Assembly (NCBI GenBank): GCA_028688325.1
Contig: JAQTYI010000003.1
Location: forward strand, 32,116 to 96,115
DNA length: 64,000 bases
Direction: 5' to 3'
Source of the DNA: Candidatus Portnoybacteria bacterium
GTDB taxonomy: Bacteria > Patescibacteriota > Minisyncoccia > Portnoybacterales > GWB1-42-6
Below the pieces are notes generated by a model, which was not told where the DNA came from, made no database searches, and worked only from the letters and a program-made list of their open reading frames with translations. The translations under genes and the position numbers were made by a program. Each line of letters starts with the position of its first letter. Position 1 is the first letter of the stretch. Below are positions 56,691 through 64,000 of this stretch, piece after piece.

Positions 56691-58499
56691 TTATTCTTCC
56701 TGGCCATTACCGTTCCTGATGAATCCGCCGGCCTGCAACGCCCAAAGTTTTTTGTAGAGAGTATCTTTGGCGATGAGCTCTTTATGCGAGCCGCTTTCTT
56801 TGATGATGCCTTTTTCCAGAACGACTATCCTGTCCATCTTCCTGATGGTTGAAAGCCGATGCGCGATGACGATAACCGTTTTGCCTTTCATTAAAACATC
56901 CAGTGCGTCCTGGATAAGAGCTTCCGAGCGCGAATCCAAGCTGGAAGTGGCTTCATCCAAGATTAATATCGGCGCGTTCTTCAAGATGGCGCGCGCGATG
57001 GCTACCCGCTGGCGCTCTCCGCCAGAAAGCTTGATGCCCCGTTCGCCCACATGCGTTTCGTATTTTTTGGGCAGATTATCTATGAACTCGTCGCAATAAG
57101 CCAGGCGTGCCGCTTTTATCACTTCCTCGTCCGCGGCGCTCTGGCGTCCATAGCGGATATTGGCCATAATGGTGCGGTGAAAAAGTATCGGGTCTTGCGG
57201 CACCAAACTAATATTGTTGCGCAAGCTTTCGAGTGTTACCTTTTTGATGTCTTGCCCGTCGATAAGGATATTCCCGCTTATGGCGTCGTAAAAACGCAGC
57301 AAAAGCCGGACTAATGTTGTTTTTCCCGAACCCGACGGCCCCACCAGCGCGATTTTCTCGCCGGCCTTGATTTTTAAATTAACGCCTTTTAAGACCTCCC
57401 GCCCGTCGTTAAAATAAAAATTAACATCATTAAAAACAACCTCGCCGGCCGACACCTCCAGCGGCTTGGCGCCAGGCGCGTTTTTGATATCGTAAGGCAG
57501 TTTCATTATTTCCACCATTTCTTTCATATCGGCGTAGCCCTCGTAGAAATCACGCACAATACGGCTGAATTCCCACAAGCGCATGCCAAGCCCTATAACA
57601 TACATTTGCACCAGCACGAATGTGCCGATGGTTACAACGCCGACCTGCCAGTAGCGGACGGTAAAATATAAGATGATGAATTCTATGATAAAAATAAGCG
57701 CCGCCTGGATGCCGTCCATTCCGAGGTCCGTGTTCCAGTTGAAAGCCGTAATTTTTCTCTGCTCTTCCGTGACTTCCTTAAAATTGTCTTTTTCGCTCTG
57801 ATGGCGGCTGAAAATCTCGATATTGTTCTGGTTGGCGATGGTGTCGGCCAAAACAGCCGTAGTGCGCGAATCGGCCTCGGCCGCTTTGATGCTGTATTTC
57901 AATTTCCAAAGCGAATAAAAATAATTTACGACTATATAAAGCGCAGCCCAACCGATTATGAGTATCGTCAGGCGTTGTTCTATGGACATGGTGATTATCG
58001 CGATACCCGTTAAACGAACAATCAAAGGGACGAGATTCCAGGTAATGCGGTCGGCCAGGCGCTCAAAAGCGCGGGCATAGCGCCCCACGCGCTGGACAAG
58101 CGCGCCGGAAAAATTATTGGCGAAAAAATTGTATGAATGATGGATAAGATAACCGTAGGCCTGCCGGCGCAAAACCGCCATTGATTTTGCCTGGAAAAAA
58201 ACATTGGCGAATGAGCCGACCCGCCAGAAGACCCAGGCGCAAACATTCAAAAATAATATCATCAAGAGTATATCGATAAGCTGGGCCGCCACAATATTTT
58301 TATCCGGCACAAAAGCAAGCAAGTCAAAAAAACGCTTAAAATAAAGCGGTGTTATTATCTCAAAGACGCTGGCGCCGGCAATTCCGGCAATGGTCAGAAA
58401 CATCGCCAGTTTGCTGCTTTTTATGCCATACCAAACATAACCCGCAACATCTTTGAGGCGAACTGGCGGATATTTAATATTGGAATTCTTGTCTTTCAT
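56691..58499 (-). CDS. ABC exporter, fused permease-ATPase (MsbA-like)
   Basis: Six transmembrane helices plus NBD with [38 protein letters not shown]. Confidence 0.9.
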   Translation of the reverse strand: MKDKNSNIKYPPVRLKDVAGYVWYGIKSSKLAMFLTIAGIAGASVFEIITPLYFKRFFDLLAFVPDKNIVAAQLIDILLMILFLNVCAWVFWRVGSFANVFFQAKSMAVLRRQAYGYLIHHSYNFFANNFSGALVQRVGRYARAFERLADRITWNLVPLIVRLTGIAIITMSIEQRLTILIIGWAALYIVVNYFYSLWKLKYSIKAAEADSRTTAVLADTIANQNNIEIFSRHQSEKDNFKEVTEEQRKITAFNWNTDLGMDGIQAALIFIIEFIILYFTVRYWQVGVVTIGTFVLVQMYVIGLGMRLWEFSRIVRDFYEGYADMKEMVEIMKLPYDIKNAPGAKPLEVSAGEVVFNDVNFYFNDGREVLKGVNLKIKAGEKIALVGPSGSGKTTLVRLLLRFYDAISGNILIDGQDIKKVTLESLRNNISLVPQDPILFHRTIMANIRYGRQSAADEEVIKAARLAYCDEFIDNLPKKYETHVGERGIKLSGGERQRVAIARAILKNAPILILDEATSSLDSRSEALIQDALDVLMKGKTVIVIAHRLSTIRKMDRIVVLEKGIIKESGSHKELIAKDTLYKKLWALQAGGFIRNGNGQEE

Positions 58500-58651
58500 C
58501 TCTTAAATTAAAAACAGCCCCGCCGGGCATAAATATAAGCGCGTTGCTCCTCTTTTTTTGCCGACCCTTGCGCTCTTTTGAGCCGTTTATGATATTTTAT
58601 CAAAGCGCCGTTCAATGGTCAAATTTGAAGTCAAAAAATTATCGCTTCCTG

Positions 58652-58680
58652 TTGCCAAAAACAAGCAACGAGCATATAAT
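58652..58680 (+). promoter_or_regulatory. Sigma70-type promoter (TTGCCA-17-TATAAT) upstream of gmk
   Basis: ttgccaaaaacaagcaacgagcatataat, about 40 nt before the gmk ATG. Confidence 0.5.
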
Positions 58681-58720
58681 GAAAACCCCCCGATAAATCA
58701 ACGGAAACAAGCCAAAAACC

Positions 58721-59299
58721 ATGACCAATCGTTATAAAAACATCATTCTGGTAATTTCCGGCACTATGGCCAGCGGCAAGGACGCCGTTTTGCGATTACT
58801 GCGCAAAAATGTTGACTTTTCTTTTGTAAAATCATTCACCAGCCGGCCGCGGCGCCACAACGAAAAAACAAGCCCGCCCTATAAGTTTATTTCGCGGAAA
58901 AAATTCAAAAAACTGGTGTCTAAAAATTTTTTCTGGGAATTTAAAAAATTATACGGACATTTTTACGGTATAGCCAAAATCGATATCCGAAGGGCCTTGG
59001 CGCGCCAGAAACCCGTTGTTTTCCGGGTAAACGAACAAGGCGCAGATAAGATAAAAAGTTTTTTCCCCGAAACTAAATCGGTTTTTATCGCCCCGCCGTC
59101 GTTGGAGGTCGTGAAAGAAAGAGCCGCCAGGAGAAAAAGTGTTCCCCGACGCCTCAAAAACAAGCGCTTGGCCGCCGCAAAAAAACAACTAAATTCCTTG
59201 ACAAAAGACCAGAAATGGGACTATGTTATAGTTAATAAGGACTTGCGCCAAAGCGTGGAAAAGATAGGCCGAGTTATCGGCTCCTTAAAAACTCAATAG
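58721..59299 (+). CDS. gmk: Guanylate kinase-like protein
   Basis: TSRPRR...Y.FIS...F motifs; C-terminal WDYVIVNKDLRQSVEKI matches the GMK consensus. The P-loop is divergent (GTMASGKD). Confidence 0.65.
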   Translation: MTNRYKNIILVISGTMASGKDAVLRLLRKNVDFSFVKSFTSRPRRHNEKTSPPYKFISRKKFKKLVSKNFFWEFKKLYGHFYGIAKIDIRRALARQKPVVFRVNEQGADKIKSFFPETKSVFIAPPSLEVVKERAARRKSVPRRLKNKRLAAAKKQLNSLTKDQKWDYVIVNKDLRQSVEKIGRVIGSLKTQ

Positions 59300-59328
59300 A
59301 AACCGAAACCGGAAAGGAGGTGGTCGGT

Positions 59329-60336
59329 ATGCCAAGAGAGCAAAAAACACATGAAAACATCTCCATCTCTTTGATTTGGGATGTCTGGGACCGGCTGTTG
59401 TTGCTCTTCAACGAAAAACACGGCCTCTGGATGCTGCCCGGCGGCCATAGCGAACCGGAGAAAGGAGAAAATATCACCGCGGCGGCCAACCGGGAAAACC
59501 TTGAAGAAACAACACTGTCTGACATTGAGGGATATCGTTCCCTTTTTTATCTAGAGGACACAAAAGAAGGCCGTCCTCGGGTATTTTTTGTCCACGAAGG
59601 GTTTTATTTGAAGAAGGATCCTCAAGATATTAAGCTTCCCAAAAAACTGCTGAAAAAAGAACATATCAGGGAGGCCAAGTGGTTTTCTCTGGAGAAGCTG
59701 GAAGACCTTCCGCTTTCGCCCATTGCCAAAAAAGCAATAGATATGGCTCTGCCGTTGCTTGACAGACGGAAAGACATCAACTCCAATCGTGCGCGCAACT
59801 ATCTTCAGAAAATCCTGTCTCAAGCGCAAAAAAGTATTAATAACCCCAACAAACTCAAGCAGATAGACCGGACGATTAAAAAACTGGGCGGGCTTATGGG
59901 CGGCCTGGACAAAGAAGGCGGCGGTCCGGCAATCAATTCGCCGGATATCTCCGAAAACAATCACGAGAAAAAAGACCTTGTGATAATAGTTGACGACGAC
60001 AGGTCCATCAGCTCCCTGACCAAAGAATTTCTGGAAAATTTTTACCGCGTCTTCACTTTTGACAATCCGACTGATGCGTTAAAATATTTGGAAAAACTGC
60101 CCGAGGAATCGATTAAGGCGATTCTGGTAGATTTTTATTTTCCAGCGGAAGCTAATGGCAAGACCGGCGTGGATTTCATTAAAAATGTGAACAATCTTTA
60201 TCCCGGCATAAAGACCATTCTCTTCACCGGCGATATTTTGGAGGCGCAAAAACATACCGGCTTATGCCTGCAAAAGCCGACGAGCTTTGAAGAAATCCTC
60301 GGCGCCATAAAGGGCAATGGCAAGACAAAAATCTGA
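59329..60336 (+). CDS. NUDIX hydrolase fused to a C-terminal receiver (REC) domain
   Basis: Nudix box GGHSEPEKGENITAAANRENLEETTL. C-terminal VIIVDDD...ILVDFYFP...ILFTG...QKP receiver motifs. aaaggagg RBS before the ATG. Confidence 0.75.
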   Translation: MPREQKTHENISISLIWDVWDRLLLLFNEKHGLWMLPGGHSEPEKGENITAAANRENLEETTLSDIEGYRSLFYLEDTKEGRPRVFFVHEGFYLKKDPQDIKLPKKLLKKEHIREAKWFSLEKLEDLPLSPIAKKAIDMALPLLDRRKDINSNRARNYLQKILSQAQKSINNPNKLKQIDRTIKKLGGLMGGLDKEGGGPAINSPDISENNHEKKDLVIIVDDDRSISSLTKEFLENFYRVFTFDNPTDALKYLEKLPEESIKAILVDFYFPAEANGKTGVDFIKNVNNLYPGIKTILFTGDILEAQKHTGLCLQKPTSFEEILGAIKGNGKTKI

Positions 60337-60435
60337 AACCCGGCATCTCGCAAAAATTGCGAAATAAGATGCCGGGTTTTTCATTGCAAAAAACCGCCCC
60401 AAGCGCAATCAAGGAGCGGTTTTTCCAAAAGATTA

Positions 60436-60777
60436 TTATCCGATTTCTATTTCTTCTACTTTTTCAAATATGCTGCTCACTACTTTTCCCATGGGTTTCT
60501 TTTCCAATATTTCATACCTCCCCTCGCCCTTGGGAATGATTTTTGTGGGAAATCCTCGGTGAAATTCGGCGATAACTTCCCCATTTGATATCAGCTTCAT
60601 ATCCTGGCCGCAAAAACCTTCTTCCGGCGCTTCGGGCTTTTTTTGTTCGCCGGGCTTAGGAAAAGGATAAATTTTTGCGGGTCCCTTTTTTTGCTCGCCC
60701 TCGCTTAATTCCCCTTCTTTCGGCTCCGGCGAAGGCAAACTTTCAAATGCTTGTTTTTGCGATTCAGCTCCAAGCAT
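60436..60777 (-). CDS. Hypothetical protein (Lys/Glu/Pro-rich N-terminus)
   Basis: ORF only. Confidence 0.3.
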   Translation of the reverse strand: MLGAESQKQAFESLPSPEPKEGELSEGEQKKGPAKIYPFPKPGEQKKPEAPEEGFCGQDMKLISNGEVIAEFHRGFPTKIIPKGEGRYEILEKKPMGKVVSSIFEKVEEIEIG

Positions 60778-60928
60778 AGATTTACATTATTTACCCTATG
60801 TAAATACACTATCATAAAAAGGCGAAAATAACCACATTTTGATAATATGCCCGCTTAAGACAAAAAAGACCGGCCAACGCGGCAACAACCATGGATATAA
60901 AAATTATAACAAAACTCGCCGCCACGCG

Positions 60929-60960
60929 TAAACAAAAACACCCCCGCAAAGCGGGGGTGT
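60929..60960 (-). terminator. Rho-independent terminator downstream of cspA
   Basis: cacccccgcaaagcgggggtg hairpin with an A-run on plus (U-run on minus). Confidence 0.7.
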
Positions 60961-60977
60961 TTTTAAATTGCTTGTGA

Positions 60978-61175
60978 TTAAGCCCGTGATACGCCAACGG
61001 CGCTGGGACCCTTTTCACCTTCAACGACTTCAAAGGAAACGGCATCGCCAACCTTCAACTCATCGAAGGTCACGCCTTGCAGCTCTTTGGAGTGGAAAAA
61101 CAGATCCTTCGCTTCGCCTTCGCGAGAGATGAATCCAAATCCCCTGTCCGTGAGCGTTTTGATAACTCCAGTCAT
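60978..61175 (-). CDS. cspA: Cold-shock protein (CspA family)
   Basis: GVIKTLTDRGFGFISREGEAKDLFFHSKEL RNP motifs. Confidence 0.9.
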   Translation of the reverse strand: MTGVIKTLTDRGFGFISREGEAKDLFFHSKELQGVTFDELKVGDAVSFEVVEGEKGPSAVGVSRA

Positions 61176-61350
61176 GTGATTTTGCTTTTTATTATTTTTG
61201 CTTAGAAACTCGACTATGTCTCTTCTGCTACTTTTTAACTCTATCAGAATTATTGGTTTTTGTCAAAAAATCAGTAAATAAAAGCCCGCCAACGCAATTA
61301 GTGCTGGCGGGTTCGTTTGATGTAAAAAATGATTCTGCGGCCGGTTAACA

Positions 61351-61947
61351 TCAGAAACCGGATGGCCAGATAAAAAAATACTCTCTTTCTTTTTTGCCTT
61401 GATTTTTTATTTCTTTGGTTTTAAAACCCATGGGGAAATCTAATTGGAAAGTGCTTGTGAATATCGCTCTTTCTCCATTTTTATCGTAATGTATTTCCGC
61501 AATTTCAAAACCCGTTAATTGCTTGTCAGCGTCCAACAACTTCATAACTTTGCATTCCGCTATAATACGCTTGCTGTTGTTGTCAACGGCGATTGCGCCG
61601 GCAGGCATCCGAGAAAGCATGGATATAGTATCTTTGTAAACAAAGATGTTCCTCCATTCACCGAAATCCTGGCATAGCACGATTGATTCCATTCCCATCA
61701 TTCCCCCGCCGATATTCTTGGTATATTCATTGAACTCCAGAGGCATTGGCCCTCTATAGAACGGCGGCTTCATCATATAGCTTTTCCTATAACTGAGGGT
61801 CGGGCCTCCGATGGAATTGACCAGCGCTTCAGTATCTTTCAGGTCTTGCTTATGCCAGAATTGCTCCACATCGATGTTCGGGCTGCTGCTACAAGCAGCC
61901 ATCAATAAAAAAATCGGGGCAACAATCAATGAAATAATTTTTCGCAT
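61351..61947 (-). CDS. Hypothetical lipoprotein
   Basis: Signal peptide with lipobox LMAAC. Confidence 0.55.
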   Translation of the reverse strand: MRKIISLIVAPIFLLMAACSSSPNIDVEQFWHKQDLKDTEALVNSIGGPTLSYRKSYMMKPPFYRGPMPLEFNEYTKNIGGGMMGMESIVLCQDFGEWRNIFVYKDTISMLSRMPAGAIAVDNNSKRIIAECKVMKLLDADKQLTGFEIAEIHYDKNGERAIFTSTFQLDFPMGFKTKEIKNQGKKEREYFFIWPSGF

Positions 61948-61977
61948 GCTTGGCCTCCTTTTCAGAAAATGTCTTTA

Positions 61978-62630
61978 TCAGAATCTGCCCCATCCGACCC
62001 TATGGCTGCCGGGCCCTGAGCGTATCCGATAACCGTGAGCGCGTGCCCAGTCCGAACCGCCGCTATGCAGCTCTCCTGAGCCGCTGTTCAAAAAATCTTC
62101 AGCCATGCCTTTGTCTCCATACCGCATAAGCAAAGAATTTAATGTGCTCTGCGTTCCAGATATGCCCAGTTTGACGATTAAGAATAAAACCCTCAACCGG
62201 TCGATGTGGATCAATACCACCCTTGTCATTGAATCTCCCAGGGTCTGACTATCGTATTTTTTGAGCATATCATAGAGCTTGCGCCCTTTGACCGGATATA
62301 CCCAATTTGCCTGCATATCCAAACAAGCCGCGGCCGTGAAAATAAGCTTATCAACATAGAGCGCCCTCTTTGCTTCAATGGGATTGTCCTTTTGCAAGCG
62401 GGCTAACTGTTCCACTTCATGATCGTCCAGAGTATATGATTTGGCGATCTTAGCCCTGGCTTCGCCGACATGGGCACCCAAGGGATTTGACTTGATATAA
62501 TCTCCGTAGGACTCAAAACTGTCCATTTGCCTGGCTTTTTCCCAGGACTTTTGGTCAACCGTTGCACAACCGGTAAAGAGCAAAACCAAAAAAACAACCG
62601 CAACACCGCCGAAATCACACCCTTTTTCAT
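61978..62630 (-). pseudogene. Lipoprotein gene interrupted by a frameshift at an A7/T7 homopolymer within the signal peptide (possible phase-variable gene or assembly error)
   Basis: ATG at 62630 gives MKKGVISAVLRLFF, then goes out of frame. With one more T in the T7 tract (62588-62594) the reading continues as LVLLFTGCATV... for 200 aa with lipobox LFTGC. Confidence 0.5.
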
Positions 62631-63341
62631 GGCTATTCCCCTTTCTTTTGTTGTTAAAGAATATTTTTTACAGACAGCATTGCCTTGTCCCCCTATTTAA
62701 TAATGAAGAGTAATGCGAAATAAGGCAATAGTCAAATATAAAATAAAAAAGTCGCTTTAACCGAAGCGGCGCGGGAGCAATCGCTTGCTCAATTTCTTCA
62801 ATTCTTCATCACCTTACCCAATCCGACATACGGGGGAAGATTTTCTCGGTGTATTTTATTTCCCCCTCTCCTGGTTATCATCCGAGGACACCTTGAACAT
62901 AATACCGATACCTGACTATCAGACATACTGACTAATATTCCGCACTCACACTTAAAAACATCCATCTCCATAGTTTTACCCTCCCTAAGAACTACTTTAT
63001 CCTGGCCAGCGCCGATTTGGTGTTTCTCGCATCGCGCAAGTATTCCAGCTCGGCCGCTACCCTCATGATGTTTTCGCTTGGCCGAATGTGTGCCTATGGC
63101 TGCAATCACTTGCCAAGCCGATCGGGTCAAACCCAATCTTTCTGAAACTTCCCGCAGCGTCAGCTGCCTTCATCGCGTCTCTCATATTTTCCTCTTTTAT
63201 TGAAGAACAAAAGGCGTCGGATATCTTTTTAACAAAAACGGCACAATCTAAATCGCGTCGGTTTTGATAGTGATTATTTGACCCAAATCAAGTTTCTGGA
63301 TATTTGTTGTTATAAATCAGTACTGCAATTTCACCCCTATC

Positions 63342-63554
63342 TTATCCGCCAACTGTAACAGCCATTTTTTCGTGCCGGTCGACTTTATGGGACAAAGCGA
63401 CTATTTCTTGAAAACATGTATCGGCTTTTTTAGCATAACCGTCAACGGAAATCTGAAGATTATTAAAATCTTCTTTTAGATCCTTAAAATCCCCCTCTAT
63501 CTTATTGAACTTCTCGTCCAAATATTGAATTAATTCTGAAAAATCTTCTTTCAT
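63342..63554 (-). CDS. Hypothetical small protein
   Basis: ORF only; charged coiled-coil-like composition. Confidence 0.3.
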   Translation of the reverse strand: MKEDFSELIQYLDEKFNKIEGDFKDLKEDFNNLQISVDGYAKKADTCFQEIVALSHKVDRHEKMAVTVGG

Positions 63555-64000
63555 ATAACTTCATTATAAACCCAGCAAAACCTTGTCAAATGAGAATCTC
63601 GGGTCGTTTGAACCTGTCCACTGATGGCACAGATTAAAGAATTATACTGGAACACCATTGAACGAGTAATCCTTAATTGAAAGCAGGCCTATCAAACAAG
63701 CGGCCTTATCACTTTGACATGAAATGGTACCTGACACCTTTATTTTTCTCGCAAAAATTGCGAAACAAGACGCCGGGTTTTTTCCGTAAAATTTATTTAA
63801 ATTTTAATTTCCTTTATTTTTTTTGAAAAAAGCAGCAATAAAACCATGGGCAGAGCAACCCGCTTAAAGCCGGTAAAAAACAAAAAGGCGGCAGCCGGCA
63901 AAAAATTTGCCAGGCCGGTGAAAGTGACGGGATCCGGATGGTGCAAAAGCCAGGGTTTCCAAAAAACCCACCAAAGGCCGGCCAAAATCGGCGCCACCCA

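Noticed and set aside
62798-63136. ORF 62798-63136(-), 112 aa
   Set aside because: Atypical composition in a gene-poor stretch. No start context or homology recognised. Could be a decayed remnant.
63797-63997. ORF at the window edge (63797-63997, minus)
   Set aside because: A short hydrophobic ORF that may be truncated by the window end; not enough sequence to judge.

Overview
This 64-kb chromosomal window is densely packed with housekeeping genes from a small-genome bacterium. The gene content resembles Candidate Phyla Radiation/Patescibacteria (short HrcA, SWIB-domain protein, O-antigen-ligase/TPR membrane protein, many stand-alone small proteins), but that placement is an inference. The main syntenic blocks are listed here. 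(1) A CIRCE-controlled heat-shock operon hrcA-grpE-dnaK-(membrane)-dnaJ on the minus strand. (2) A truncated dcw cluster mraZ-rsmH-ftsL-ftsI-murF, with murC and a tagA-like gene elsewhere. (3) Replication and repair genes priA-fmt, dnaB, recR, lexA, rmuC. (4) rplU, rplJ-rplL, cysS, lgt, mltG, gmk and cspA. (5) An ECF sigma / anti-sigma / HlyD / MacB-type efflux operon next to an MsbA-like exporter. (6) A glycolipid-type cluster (DedA, alpha/beta hydrolase, two GT4 glycosyltransferases). Three tRNAs are present, Lys-UUU, Glu-CUC and Val-CAC, all on the minus strand. The most unusual features are several families of small palindromic (MITE-like) repeats, many inserted in-frame inside essential genes (priA, murC, grpE, lgt, a GT2 gene). 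Other unusual features are about 170-nt mini-elements next to two tRNAs that end in a duplicate of the tRNA 3' end, and a conserved roughly 135-nt inverted-repeat leader upstream of rplJ and of an unrelated gene. A three-box DnaA-box cluster sits near tRNA-Val. An AT-rich DUF3800 gene island, a NUDIX-receiver fusion protein, a CorA homolog with SMR in place of GMN, and a lipoprotein gene frameshifted at an A7 tract also stand out. No CRISPR array, rRNA, integrase or transposase was seen.
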